Shown here in pieces: positions 11,085 to 23,944 of a stretch of DNA of 64,000 nucleotides (position 1 is the stretch's first letter; each line of letters opens with the position of its first letter). The position numbers and the translations under genes are program-made. Source of the DNA: Babesia bigemina (Eukaryota). The notes under the pieces were generated by a model, which made no database searches, was not told where the DNA came from, and was given only the letters and a program-made list of their open reading frames with translations. The stretch lies in assembly GCF_000981445.1 (NCBI RefSeq), contig NC_027218.1, positions 1,178,001 to 1,242,000 on the forward strand. Reading direction: 5' to 3'.

Positions 11085-13159
11085 CTATTCCTCTTCTTCC
11101 TCCTCCTCGAGCTCGTCGGAACCGTCGTCATCTGACTCTGCGTGGTGTTGCCTCCCCAAGACAGATCGCCCTTACCTTCCTCATCTTCGAAATCTTCATC
11201 TTCCTCATCGTCCTCATCATCTTCTGCGCCTGCGAGTTGCGCAGCTCGGTAGTTAGCGGCCTTTTCGGCCTCCTCGAGCCTCTTGATTTTCACGTCTCTC
11301 GACGCCAGATACTTCGATAGCGGCTCGAATTCCGCACGATCGATGTTCGTGAACTCGAATTCTTGCCCTAGTTTGGTGGCGATACTGAATGCGAAGAATC
11401 TGTTTTGCGTAGACATGCCGGTCCTGCTGAACTCGACAGAAATTATGTCATCGAATCTGTACAGTTATAACGACCAATGATATTTCACCCACCTGATGAA
11501 AATGACCGGTTTAACAATAAACAGCAGCGATCTGTTGAGTGGGAACAGGTGACCGCTCGTTGCCTTGTACGTGCATGAGAATCCCTGCGTGGAATTTGAG
11601 ATTCGCAATTAAGGCACCTACAGATTCTCCCTTGTCCGACTTGAACTCTCCAGGCACGACGATAGGCTTGCTAACCAGCGTCCCGAAGAGTTTTGTCACC
11701 ACATTGAACGTTTTGCCTGATTAGCGATGACGGTCGAACCAGCGGTGCGGTGCTTACCGGTCATTAGCTTTTCCAGTTTCATGGTCTGCAAGTCAGCTGG
11801 CGGCATGTTAATCTCCAGCTCGATGTCCTCCTCGGCGTCAAATTGCATAACAACATAGGGGTACCTGGTCTGCCCGTGGCGCATCGCCTGGTGCAGACCC
11901 ACAATGAAGTTGACGTGAGGGCTGTTGGGTTTGGGGACGAGGAACATGCGTGATATATTCGTGAAGAACATGTTGTAGTCGTAACTCTTTCCGTGCAACT
12001 TGATGTGCCTCCTCGTGAACTCGATTTCGAACCTTCCCCTCGGGACGATGAGCGGCACATCTGTGAGCAGCGCGACGGTTTCCGTCTTGAGTTCGTCGAG
12101 TCCGGCCTTGAGCAGGAAGGTCTGTGCAGCAGTTGTATGGCTACATATAGTGGTGGCGTACCTGCTTGAGGTCCTCCAACTGCAGCTCGTTGTCCTCAGA
12201 ATCCGGTTTGTTGGGCATGAAGAACCTGATCTCCACTAGCTCATCTCCTGTGGTGCTTGCCTTTTCCGGCTTGATCTCGACAGCGAGGTCCGTTTTGGCC
12301 GGGACTGTGACCTGGCTGACGCTTTTAGCGTCAATGTCGATGGCGGTCTTCTCGTCGATTTTGAGTTTGAAGGTGTTGCTGTCAAACTCGTACGTCCCCC
12401 AGTGCCAGCCAGTGTGCGCTACTTCGTCCATGGTTATCGGGACCTTGAAGTGGGTCTCGAGGTGCTGCCTCAGTTCTGCAATGCCCTTTTCTGAGAACCC
12501 GCAGAACCTCAGGACGGCGTTATCCTTGGCGGCGTTCATCTCGAAGCGCACCTGGTACGTGCCTGCGTGGAATGAGTTGCGGATCGACTTAGAGGCTGTA
12601 AGGATAGCCCATCCATGATATCACATACATCTGCACTCAAAGAGAACACTAAAACCACTACACACAAGAAACAGGCAGAGAATGTCCGTGTATAACGGGT
12701 ATGATGCCTATACTATACATCATCGGTCCACAAGGGTCCACGGTATCCCATTTCCCTCGCTTAGAATCTCTCCCACTCTTCAACAACACATACACGTAAA
12801 ACGTCAGTGTGGATGATGTTCACGATTCAAGGGATTTGAAAAACAGCTTTAGGGCTCCTTCCTTAATGACAGGTGCCCATCACGCTGCCATCGGAAACAC
12901 CGGCAGGCTGTGACGCCAAATAGATTCAAACACACCTCCTCCGGTATTGATGAGGGTGATGTTTTGCACATCGTTTTGTCGGTGCTGGACGACTTCGCCG
13001 GTGCGCTTGTTCTTCCATCCGAACAGCTCGGTAGACACCTTGAAGGCTCCCTGTATGTTTTTGAGTTACACGTCGTATCTCACAGCCTTCTCTTACCGTG
13101 TCGCTCCCCCCGGATTGCCGGATGCTACCGAACACGAGGACGGCGTTGGCAGCCGCCAT
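11085..13159 (-). CDS. SSRP1: FACT complex subunit SSRP1/Pob3, multi-exon
   Basis: GWHWG, ELVEIRF, PRGRFEIE, HGKSYDY, GQTRYPYVVMQF, FTNIDRAE motifs and an acidic tail ending in TAG at 11085-11087. Confidence 0.92.
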
Positions 13160-13533
13160 TATGGGCGTGGTTACGTTGCGCTACTCGCCGGTCGAGTGTG
13201 TGATCGCCGGAAGGTATACGGCGGTTTGTGTGTTTTTGTGAGTTTGACGCGCACAGATTCGCGCTTTTACGTTGTTTCTAGGTGTAAAAACATGACAACA
13301 ATGCCGTAATGGCCGCGACGCGAGCAGCTCTTCTGGGGTGTTGGCCGCAATTAACGGAGGCCGCCGTTCGAGCTCTACGCCGACCGGAGAATTCGTCAAC
13401 GCCAAAGGCGCTCAATTTGCGCTTCTCTATGAATGCGCTGGCTATAGAAAGCCCAGCTCGGCGCAAAGGCTTCCTCACGCAATGGTGATGTTGTTTATGC
13501 ACTAAATTAGGGTTAGCTGTTTCGATTGCGGTC

Positions 13534-14638
13534 TCAGCCGTAGATCTTCTGCGGCTTACCCATAGTGCTCTTGATGGTGAGACCACGGACGTTGTGCCAG
13601 TTCTTCTTCAGAAGACTGACAAGGTAGTTGATGGCGAGAACGATGTTCGCCCTCAGCTGTTCGTGGGTCATCTCGACGTTTCCAACGGCGACACCCATGC
13701 AGAGCACCTTCTTCAGCTGGAACTTGACGCTAGCCTTGATTTCCCTGACCTTGTCCTCCATGTTGTCGTTGTGTGTCAGCTGGGTGGGGAACTTGCCCGC
13801 CTTGTTGAGTCCGGGACCGAGGAACCTGGGGATCTGAGGCAGGAGCGTCTGCGAGGCGAGGAAGGCGCCGTACTTGTTGGCCAACTTCTTGACCAGGGTC
13901 TTGTTCCTGTTGAACTTCTTGAGACCCTCAAGGTCGATGTAATCGATTCCAAGACTCTTGGCCTGGTCGCAGTGCACCTGGTCACCGAAGACGCAGACGC
14001 GGAGACGCTGACGCGGAATGTTCTGCAGCACCACGCTGCCGCTGAAACGCTTGTCCCTCTGGGTATCGTAGTCCTTGAGCGCTGCATGTGTTATAAGCGG
14101 GGGCATTACATTAGACAGCGAAAACCAGTTTGGCACTGACACTACACTTGCACTCACAGGCAACATGCATATCAGCGGGTAAGGCAAACGGCCGCCGAGG
14201 CTTCCAACCCCCAAAATACACACCCAATCAGACAGCAGCTCCCACGAAGAGCTCAATGATATGGGCGCGGGGGTCACAGATTGAGCAGCATTCCGCCGTG
14301 GCGCAGCACACCCTCCGGCCAGCGCTCGGCCCGAGGCATAAGCAGGCTCAGCCACGCATCACACCCGGGTTTACCGAAATACGGATTATATTAGGCCGTT
14401 TTACAGGAGCGGCCTGCGCCGTTATCGCCGATACGGGCGCGACACCATGAGTAGAAGGGACATCACCACCGCCACAGAGCAACTAGACGGAACTTACAGA
14501 TCTGAAGCTCCACAGTCTCGACGAAATTCCTCTTCTTTTCCTTCGACTGGGTGAGGATGGCCTCGATGGCCTCGTTGAGGGTGTCGACGGCGAGCTTACT
14601 GCGCGGCGTGATCAGGCGACGGTTGTAACCCACCTCAT
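13534..14638 (-). CDS. RPL10A: 60S ribosomal protein L10a (uL1), 3 exons
   Basis: ATG-AG micro-exon at 14638, exon SKLAVDTL...[13 protein letters not shown], and exon [14 protein letters not shown]...[12 protein letters not shown]. Confidence 0.95.
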
Positions 14639-15433
14639 CTTTGGCTTCTTGCTATAATCCTCCTAACGATATTACAGTCGGTGACACGCGGGGCGTTACC
14701 GATAATTCGCCGACTTCGGAGGCCTGTTGTAGATAGTGCCGGAAGCAAACGATGCTCTGCAATACCTGTGGGGAGATGTTGCGGAGAGGGCCGAGGGCCA
14801 CAGCATCGTGTGGCCATATTCCGTCCACATATGACAACGTTTTACGTTTCCTTCTTTTCTTTGAATTTGTAGAGGACCAAAACACAGCTTGTAGCGCTGA
14901 TGTGTGAGGACCTCACGCGGCGCAAGCGCCCATCGGCTGCTGCCTTCTAATAGTTATAAGATGCGGTTATTGTGTTGATATGTGTGCCGTTACGATTTTT
15001 GCAGTGCTAAGTTTTAATTTCGTCGCTAGAAACCGTCACAATAGCTCACAACCGGCCAGGTGTGTCCCATCATGGGCATCTCCGCTCTCAATCTGCGAGT
15101 CGCTTAGCAAGCGCAGACAGCAAAAAGGTATTTCAAAATAGCGTCCGTAACGGGCGGGAGGCCTCGCACACGCGGTTTCAGGGCCACAACCCGAGCAGAC
15201 CTCTATCCTCAATGTCGCCGAAAAAGTCGGCTATAAGAGTCATCATACGGCCTTTATTCCATAAAACATATTTCGGTGTGACCTGGTTGCCTCGTAGTAC
15301 CGTTATCGCCCAACGGATACCCATATTTTCCCACCCCATCTTAGAAGGGCGGCCGCGATTACTTTCCATAGGCATTACAGTGTTGCTGCCTACTAACGTT
15401 CTTTGGCTGCTGTGACAGTAAAACTCGATCAGG

Positions 15434-15862
15434 ATGGTGGATGAAAGACGCAAGCGTGCTCGCGATGAAGGTGAGTGTGATGACCCTCGATGTCTAGCTT
15501 CCCCTCCCTCCGCCTAACAGACGTTTACAGATTCCGACGAGGAGGATCCCTTGAGCAAGAACGACCCCGACAGAGGTGTGTACAATTTTGGCGATTTTCA
15601 CGGTGTGGCAGACTTCGCCGAGGACCTTGAGCCCAAACGCCCGCGTTCAACTCGTCGCTGTGCGCAGAACAGGAAGCCCATAACGGAGGAGCCCACAGAC
15701 TCCGAGGCAGAGGAGCCCGAAGAGGAAGTGGCGGAGGCCGAAGACGAGGAAGAAGAGGATGCGGAGGAGGAGTACAACTCCGAGGACTTCCAGGAGGAGG
15801 AAGAGGAGGCTGGCGATGAGGAAGTAGGTGCCCAGCGACCCGTTTTACACGCTTTGCAGTGA
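15434..15862 (+). CDS. Small acidic hypothetical protein with basic NLS-like patches
   Basis: MVDERRKRARDE, a GTGAGT..TTACAG intron, then in-frame DSDEEDPLSKND... and a Glu-rich tract. Confidence 0.6.
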
Positions 15863-16165
15863 TGTGTGACATTTGCCTTACAAGTGTGTGAAAACCCACA
15901 GCAGGATTAGTGATGTGCATCCCCAAACCCGCTGGTCTTTCGCAGACTCGGTTCACTCGACACATTTATGGCGTACTTTGGTCGCTGATAGCGGCTCTCT
16001 GTTAATATCTAAATTTTCAACACGTGATAATCTTGACATCTATGCGCCGATGCTCAATAAGACGGCTGTAGTTTGGGTACGTTGCGGCACGTGATTCCTT
16101 GCTAGCCTTTGGCTGTGGATTGAGGCCGTTAGGCTGCCCGTACGCTTCAAGTACTGCGGTAACCG

Positions 16166-17551
16166 ATGTACGGGGGCGGGCGAGATGGCGGCTGCTCCGG
16201 AGGATGCAGGAGTGGCGGCGACCTGGGTACCGAGAACCCAGACAGCGCACCTGCTGGTGATGCTGCCGACCCGGATGTTACCATCGGCGCCCAGTGTTAC
16301 CGATGCAGCACTCGCAGGGCAACGTTGCTGACCCGCAAGGCGTCCTGCAGGGACTGTTTCGTCGAGGTGCTGCGTAGGAATTTCGCATCGAATCTTCGGA
16401 CCCGCTGCATCAAGCGGGTCGAGAGAGCGCAGTCGATGATAATGCTGGTTGGGGGAGATGCGTTCTCCACGTCGATGCTGCATCTGCTGCTGGACCGTAA
16501 CAAACGCCGCTATTTGCGGGTATCGCAAATTCCTGAGGATAGTGACGTGGCGTCACGCATCTTCGCATCGGACGACCTGTCGGTGGAGAGCGTGCTCTCG
16601 CTTGACTTCCATGTGGGGACCGTAGGAAGCTTCGCTGAGCGCTCGGAGGCGTTTTTTAAGCACGTCACGGCGGTTGTAAACGGGGTGGGCAACTCCAGCG
16701 AGGCCTGTCAGCCGCTGCCGGCCGTTGACACCGCCAGTGAGCGCCTGTTGCTAGGCGGAGTGAGGCTCTCCCATCTACCCATTTGTTATTATTTGCATGA
16801 AGGAGCAACTTCGTGTGACCAGAGGTGTGATGCGCTTAAGGGGAGCCTCACGCGGATGTATGACGGGTTGCTGTGCGACGAGTTGGCGTACTCCCTGGAT
16901 TTGTTGAGCACACTGAACCTACGCGCATATATACAACGTAGAGGCCTCACAGGTGCGCTTGTGTGTGCATGTGACACCCAGGAGGTAATTGCGCGACGTG
17001 TGATGATGCTAACGTGTTTGGGCGCCGGCGACCGCGTGGCATTCCGCAGTGCCTTCGTCGACGACCACAGTTTGGCCGAATGCGGGCGAATAATTCGACC
17101 CATGAAGGCATTTTCGTCCAAGGAAGTCGCTTTGTACCACCGGCTCAGCGGTCTACCTGCGCTCCCGTCTTTGGATCTTTACTGGCACGGGAGCCCCCAG
17201 GCCAGCATATTGGGCTGCGTCAACGCGTTGATCTCGACGGTCACTTCCGCCCACAGCAGCACGCTTCACAACATTTGTAATGTCGTGGAGAAGCTGGTTC
17301 CCGATTTCCCCGACCGTGTCTCAGGTGCGTTTGGCGTCTGCCGATGTTCACAGCGACGCAGTCTGTCGAGTCTGCGGAGGCGCCATGTACCCCTCGGACG
17401 CAAAGGTAGTCGTTTTTGTCGCGTATATAACGCATTACGCTCTCAGGAGGACGAGTGCAGAGCATGCGCATTTTTTTGTTCACGCAGCGGCGATTTTGTG
17501 AGCGTTGCCTCGCATGTCACTGCGCCGCCGGACGTGGAAAGTGCGCCTTGA
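16166..17551 (+). CDS. CTU2: Cytoplasmic tRNA 2-thiolation protein 2 (CTU2/NCS2)-like
   Basis: N-terminal CxxC...CxxCF, degenerate PP-loop (LVGGDAFS), IIRPMKAFSSKEVALY and C-terminal CxxC. Possible small introns near the 3' end. Confidence 0.7.
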   Translation: MYGGGRDGGCSGGCRSGGDLGTENPDSAPAGDAADPDVTIGAQCYRCSTRRATLLTRKASCRDCFVEVLRRNFASNLRTRCIKRVERAQSMIMLVGGDAFSTSMLHLLLDRNKRRYLRVSQIPEDSDVASRIFASDDLSVESVLSLDFHVGTVGSFAERSEAFFKHVTAVVNGVGNSSEACQPLPAVDTASERLLLGGVRLSHLPICYYLHEGATSCDQRCDALKGSLTRMYDGLLCDELAYSLDLLSTLNLRAYIQRRGLTGALVCACDTQEVIARRVMMLTCLGAGDRVAFRSAFVDDHSLAECGRIIRPMKAFSSKEVALYHRLSGLPALPSLDLYWHGSPQASILGCVNALISTVTSAHSSTLHNICNVVEKLVPDFPDRVSGAFGVCRCSQRRSLSSLRRRHVPLGRKGSRFCRVYNALRSQEDECRACAFFCSRSGDFVSVASHVTAPPDVESAP

Positions 17552-17787
17552 CCTACAACTGGTTCTTTTGACACAACATCTCAATTTTCATAGTCTGGAC
17601 GGATTAGAATGCGTAGCGCTGCGTGATGGGTGACTCGGGCTGGCGGCAGGGGTGGAGCGAGGAGCTCCGCAGCGCCACCCGTGCGTCACTCTCGACGTTA
17701 TGCGACTCGGATTACGAAAGCTTTGTCGACGTTCTCGCGTTCTGGGAGGTAGCGTTGTTCTGAGCATGCTCCGCATATACCTCTTAG

Positions 17788-19272
17788 GTGTTCCGTCTCC
17801 TCCTCAAGGCTGACGTGTTGATGAGCAGCTGCGTGAAGGCGTTTTCCGGCACCCGGGCGTGTGGTACGCGCGTCGACCGAGAGTTTGACGTGCTGCTAGA
17901 ACGCGGGGTTGCCAAGGGGAAGACGCTGTTCAAAGACGTGTACCTCGTCTCGCAGCTGCTCAACCACTACGTGAACCCGCACAAGCGCGTCGTACCAGGC
18001 ACCCCGTCTACAGCTGCTTGCGCCGAAGGCCACAATTCAGACGACGATGTCGGCCGAGAGCACCACGCATTGCGTAATTCGGACTACCCCCGATCCTCCG
18101 CAGCTGGCAACGGCCGCGCCAGTGACAGCCCCGTCTGCGGTACCTGCGGCGTGGGTGCGCTGTGTCACGCAGCAACCTGCGCCACCAATTACGGAGTGGC
18201 CCCCGCTTCCAAACGCGATTGCAGTCTGGCAGACTGGGACATTTTCACAAAACTGCTCTCAGGCGGCGACAGCCGTCCGCGCATGATGCCGCTGTACAAT
18301 AAAATACCCTTCCTCTCTCTTGGCAACTTCGTGTTTTTCTACCGCATAAACGAGGGCTCGTCAGGCAAGGTCCACGTGGGTTTTCACAAGTCTCACCGCC
18401 GCACTTACGCGCTGAAGGTCATCAGCAAGTCGCAGTTCAACTGCGACCGCGCGCTTTTCCGCCGCCTCAAGGACGAGATGAGCCTGGTGACTGCGCTGGG
18501 GCACCCCAACATCGTTCGCACGTTCGAGCTGCTGGAAACGGTGTCCACCATCGTGATCGCGATGGAGTACTGCGACGGCGGCGACATGATCGGCCTGATA
18601 AAGGAGTACTCCCCGATGGCCGAGCCCATGGCGCGCGCAATTTTCCGCATGGTGGTGGCCGGCGTGCACTATCTGCATTCGTCCGACATCTGCCATCGCG
18701 ACATCAAGCCGGAGAACATCTTCCTGAAGCGCGTGGCGCCCAGGTCGTTCGGACAGGTCGCCTCCATCTCCGGCAAGGGCAGCCACGCGGTGGGCGCTTA
18801 CGAGCCGCATGCAATTCAGTACGGCATGATGCCCTACATCGTCAAGATCGGGGACTTCGGCGCCGCCACGCGCATCAATGACAACCGCGCCCTGCTGGAA
18901 ACGGTTGGCACCATGAGCTACGCGGCGCCGGAGGTGCTCGGGTGCGGCGGCGTGACTGGGTACAACGGCAAGAGCGCGGATATCTGGTCACTCGGCGTGC
19001 TTCTCTATGCGATGTTGTTCGGCGAGCTGCCGTGGCACAACGAGGACTTCGGGCTTCGCGAGGCGGTCAAGCAGATACTGGACAAACCGCTCACGTTCCC
19101 ATGCCAGACCAGCTCGACGTCCAGGGACCTCATGTCGTCCATGCTTCGCATTGAGCCTGCCGACAGGCCCACCATCGAAGGGGTCATGGCCCACCAGTGG
19201 TTAGCGGAGGGTAACGTTGACGCTCCCCTGGTGCTCAAAAAGATCCGCCCGACACTCTCTAAACCCGAGTAA
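17788..19272 (+). CDS. Ser/Thr protein kinase, CAMK-like group (start uncertain)
   Basis: YALK, HRDIKPEN, DFG, GTMSYAAPE and DIWSLGV motifs. Confidence 0.9.
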   Translation: MFRLLLKADVLMSSCVKAFSGTRACGTRVDREFDVLLERGVAKGKTLFKDVYLVSQLLNHYVNPHKRVVPGTPSTAACAEGHNSDDDVGREHHALRNSDYPRSSAAGNGRASDSPVCGTCGVGALCHAATCATNYGVAPASKRDCSLADWDIFTKLLSGGDSRPRMMPLYNKIPFLSLGNFVFFYRINEGSSGKVHVGFHKSHRRTYALKVISKSQFNCDRALFRRLKDEMSLVTALGHPNIVRTFELLETVSTIVIAMEYCDGGDMIGLIKEYSPMAEPMARAIFRMVVAGVHYLHSSDICHRDIKPENIFLKRVAPRSFGQVASISGKGSHAVGAYEPHAIQYGMMPYIVKIGDFGAATRINDNRALLETVGTMSYAAPEVLGCGGVTGYNGKSADIWSLGVLLYAMLFGELPWHNEDFGLREAVKQILDKPLTFPCQTSSTSRDLMSSMLRIEPADRPTIEGVMAHQWLAEGNVDAPLVLKKIRPTLSKPE

Positions 19273-19439
19273 AAACGGGCCATCTAATTATCAAAAAGTG
19301 TAGCTTGTTGTTTAAACCGATGTTGTTTGCAGTTTCAGTGGCTGCGATGGCCCACGAATCTTGTTGCATGCCCTGCAGTTACGCCCGTGACCACCACTCA
19401 TCTCCACCGGTGCTTCACAAACTTCGCAGCTGACTACAG

Positions 19440-20627
19440 TCAGTTCAGGGCTATCGTAGCCAGTGAATCTTGTGAGACTACGTTTTTGAGCGGTACGAAC
19501 TGCGCCTTTTCGGCGAGCCTAACGCCGCTTACGAGCTTGTTGATCCGGGGCCCTGAACATGGGTGAAGGCAGCGTGGCTCGTACCCACCTATACCACTGT
19601 AGTGGCTGATGCAAAGCCTATCTTCAAGGTCCCAGACCCGCACTCCGTCCAGTGCGCAGGTGATGAGGTTGAGTGTTTCGACGCAGCCGGTGACGGAGCC
19701 TCTGTATGAGTTATGTTTAGTTGCAGGGAGCACCTACACATGGCCTGAGAGCACAAAGGTATCGTCGAAGTTCGCGATTGATACTACGACAACATGCCCC
19801 ATCTCGCAAGGCACGAATACACGAGTTCCTGTCCTGCTCGGTACGACGGCTAAGGGCGTGTGCTCCAGGAAGTGCGACTGTGTCGAGGTGCGTTTGGAGT
19901 GGTGCCAAAACCTTATGTTCTTGTCACGCGATACCGATACGAACGACACCGTATTCTTGTAGGGTCCTTGCATGAGGTTTGCGATGCCAGTGACGGCCGT
20001 GGAGTGCCCCAGGTACAGCGTGCCATTGGCGTCCTTGAGGAATAACCTTTAAAGCCACTCAACGGTTCTTGCAAATAACTTACTCGACAAGTCTGATAAG
20101 CGCAAGATCGCCGTTTTGTGCCGCAAGCAAGATGGTGGTGTTAGCGAAGTCGACCTTGGCGTCAGTCACCGCATTGAAGAAGACCTGCTTGTTCTTCACC
20201 AGGGTGCCGGTGCGAATCTGAGAGCGATTGTATCCCCCCAAATGCATCATAGACCTACCTGCCAGACGTAAAGCCTGCCTGTGTTCGAACCTGCGTAGAG
20301 TACTTCTCCGCATCTGGAGAAGGCAACAGCCGTGATCTGACCGTCGTGAACAAATATAGCAGCAACCATACCAGCTCAGGGACGGAGACCTTGTAGCTCT
20401 GCGATTCCGATATAAATGTTATCTTGGCTTTGTCGCTGGTAGCAACGCAGACGAGATTTGCCGCTGCCGCTACGGCGTTGGTTGTGCACCGTAGGCCCTC
20501 CTGCAGTTGTGTCTAAGTCGGACCATTCGGCGCCTACCTTTGACAGTTCCCGCTCTACTCGACCTTTACTGTCGAGGAGCAGAACGGCATTATCGCCAAC
20601 TGCGACCACCGGTTCATTCCTCCACAT
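19440..20627 (-). CDS. WD40-repeat protein (possibly WDR18/Ipi3-like), multi-exon
   Basis: Exon peptides YLGHSTAVTG...SVSRDKNIRFW and VLSGH...ITCALDGVRVWD. The 3' end is approximate. Confidence 0.6.
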
Positions 20628-20732
20628 TAGTTTGCGATTGTAAGTGCGCGAGTCGCTGCACCCTGACGGGTGGAATCCCACGCCGAACCGCGCGTCAACC
20701 AATTTGAGTTCGCTTTCTATTTTAAACTGATT

Positions 20733-22013
20733 ATGGTGGAGTTGCTGTCATCTCGACAGAAGCGCTCGCACCGTAACTGCGTCACTTCGCTGGGCCTTGA
20801 CGGCGGTCGCCTGGCCAGCGGCGGCAAGGATTCCTGCGTGTTGCTGTACGACTGCTCGGATGAAGGCCTGCGTAACAATGGCAAATTTGACGTTTCACCG
20901 TTGGCTTCCGTCCGTACAAATGTGCTCAGCGTGGACCTCGCTGGAGACCGCGTGCTTTGCGGCACCTCTTGTGGGCAGGTGCATCTCATAGACGTTCGCA
21001 GCGGCGCTTCTGGTCGCATTCTGGCTCACACCTCGCAAGTGAGCTGTGTTAAGTGGCTGGATTCGGCACGTAACGTGGCGGCAAGTACATCTTTGGACGG
21101 AAAGGCAAAGGTTTGGGACGTCAGACATACGTCGGTTCCGCTGCACGAGCTCATCGGCCATACCGCCGGCGTGAACTTCTGCGACTCTCTGCCCAACGCT
21201 CCGCCTCCTGACGAGTTGGCTATCAACTTTGGAGACTATTATGAGCGGGTTCTCACGGTTGGCAGCGACCGCACCGCTCGGCTGTGGAACGTAAGTTGTT
21301 TTCCTTCGCATTGATTTGGTTATGCATAATTATATACAAACTGAAGTTTGGTTACGTTTTTCAGCTGTATTGCTGCTTGTGGCTATGATAATGTATAGGT
21401 ATATGTGTATGTATGATTTTTCTTGTCCCATGAGGAGATATAATATCTCGTGTATCGTACAAGTTCCATTTTACGAACAACTATGTACACGTTCGCACTT
21501 TGGATTGCGCATTATAACACTGTGCAGCTGAATAGCGGGACCCACCTGGCATTCAAGGTACCTGCCACCCTATCGCAAAACGTGGAATGCGGCTGTGTGA
21601 TGCTCAAGCGACCACAATACATATTTGCCGTTGGACTGGACTCAGAATATGTGTTGGTGTTCTCTACGAAGTTGAAAAAGCATATCGGATCCATTTCGAT
21701 TGGAGGACCCAACGTGTGGGTGAACTGCATACGCGTGTTCGGCCCGTACCTGATTGTTGGCACCAGTATTGGGAAGCTTTACTTTGTGCGGTACACATTC
21801 AACGGCGACCACTCGAGTTGTACACTCGAAGTGGAGTCTAGCTTTGACTATGATGGTTCAGTGAACGACATACGGTACGGTAGTGTAGGCGGCGAACTTC
21901 GCATGTATATCGCTCTCGGCACGGAAATGCGCCTTGGCAGATGGAGCGTCTGCGAGTTGGAATCAGATTCAAAGCCTAAAAACCTCATAAATGAATCTAT
22001 ATTCATCGTCTAA
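20733..22013 (+). CDS. RRP9: U3 snoRNP WD40 protein RRP9/U3-55K-like, 2 exons
   Basis: WD repeats (LASGGKD, SLDGKAKVWD, TVGSDRTARLW) and C-terminal ALGTEMRLGRW, which resembles the RRP9 GxExRLGRW motif. Confidence 0.7.
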
Positions 22014-22884
22014 TGTTTTCAATAAAGTAATTAATTGTGTTCGCTTATTTTCGAATAGAATAGTAATGAAATGAATTTCCGAGTGGCATGTAGAACTCGG
22101 TTGTACGCTTAAAGCGTGTGCAAATTAAATATTAGCTAACTTATAGTTACTAAAGGTGCGTTGATGTCCTTGTGGGTGGCGACACTATGGTCTTGTACTA
22201 TGCGCTATTTGTGACCGCCAATTGTAGTTCTAGTGTTCACGGGTATCATTGGCCGGAATTTGTGGGTGTAAATTACACTTCACTGGCATATGGCGTTACA
22301 AAACAGGAGTTATTCTACTTGTTAATGTGAGAGATCATTGGGGTTGAGTATTTCAGATGTTAGGAGACATTAACTTGGGGCGTGTGCGGCGTACGGAAGT
22401 GTGAAATGAAATGAATACGGAATTAACTGCAACATTTACGTAACGTAGTTGCTATATCACGCGGTGGTTGTTGTAGGAGTAACCAGTTAAGTAGGACGGA
22501 TTAGGAAATTTTACCACATTACGGTGGCCGTGTTAGAAGGCTGAGCGAGATACGCAGCGGTATCATCAAGGTGGTTAGGAGGATCATCACAACGTTTAAA
22601 AGTACAATTGAGCTGCTCGATGCAATATATTGTCGAGTTGGTCAACAGGTGCATCAGCAAGGATCAACTGGGCGTCCGAGGAGGACTTACTCCATTCCCG
22701 CGAGGTCAATCTCAAAGAATGCTCAAATTAATTTCGATGTACTGCCCTTATATGTTTTGCTAACGTTTCATCAGGGACTCGGCGATGCACGATTGTGGAA
22801 CATTTAATAAAACGTTATTAGACAAGCAGTTTGCCGTTAATCCTCAATACCGTGCGCCCAGTGCGATAATACAAATGGTTAGGC

Positions 22885-23289
22885 TTAATTATAAAATGCG
22901 ATGCAAAACGGCAATTTGCGGACTACGTACTCTCGGACCTGGTGAAAAGGCAAAATGTGAAATATGCACAAATCTAACAGCAGAATGAAGAGGATTATTA
23001 CGAAGACGATTATGGATGAAATGACAGCGGGGGAAGTGGAGGCAGCGGCGGCACACCGTGCACGCCTCCTCCTACAACATCTACATTTACATATGTCGAC
23101 GTCACACTTATCACATATAGGACTACCGCACTGGAAAGTTGGGTCGTTTCCTCTTTGGCGCAATACATAAAATTGTTTACAGTATGTGCAATCTCCATCG
23201 TGGCATTTTTCACAACACCAGAAACAGCAAGTACACTTCACTGTCGAAATACAATCATTACCACAAGACGGGCATCGTACCCCCGACAT
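22885..23289 (-). CDS. Small Cys-rich single-TM protein, family member A (134 aa)
   Basis: About 19 Cys in the first ~80 aa, a hydrophobic helix, and tail LLDLCIF...VRKLPFCIAFYN. Paralogous to 31035-31502 and 33944-34480. Confidence 0.75.
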   Translation of the reverse strand: MSGVRCPSCGNDCISTVKCTCCFWCCEKCHDGDCTYCKQFYVLRQRGNDPTFQCGSPICDKCDVDICKCRCCRRRRARCAAAASTSPAVISSIIVFVIILFILLLDLCIFHILPFHQVREYVVRKLPFCIAFYN

Positions 23290-23944
23290 CCTCCCTTAGT
23301 CCAGTTGTCATCAACCTGCATAGAAATGAGACACGTAGCCTGAGCGCCTACAGGTGAAACCGCCGAGCCTTCCCTTTACCGTTACACCCAGGTTCAGGTT
23401 ACTGCCATACACCGCACCTCTAGGGGTACCGGGATATATATGCAGCGGTCAAATAGATACCACGCTCATGGGTGTTGTATGTAGACTGATTGCCTTACCC
23501 CACACATCGCTGGACAAATGTCTACGAGGTTGTGAACGTCACCGTGCACTGATGCATCATATTAGTTGTCGTAGGTATGACAACGTTTTTATAGTGACGC
23601 CCCTACGTTTCTGACTATTAACACGTTACTCACCAAAGTGGTAATTTTGTCGTGGCATGAACCTCTCTGCAGTTGACCGCCTAACCGTATTAATTGATGC
23701 ATGGTTATGTGCACTCTAGTCATTCATCGTATAAGCATGCCGTTAGCACAGAACCACGCTTTCTGAATTTCTGCTCCGCAAACCATTTCTAATGTGGTAG
23801 TAGCCAGTGTAGAGCTGCGAGGTGTCAAACCCAGTTCTCCAACGTCCGTTGTTTGATGCACTACCAACATCAAACTGCCATTACAAACGATGAATGTAGC
23901 AGTGTGAGGCTTTCCTGATTACCCACGTAATCAAGCTGTAGACG

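Noticed and set aside
13534..14355. 273-aa RPL10A ORF with a novel N-terminal extension
   Set aside because: The extension is intron read-through. The canonical N-terminal exons are at about 14498-14638.
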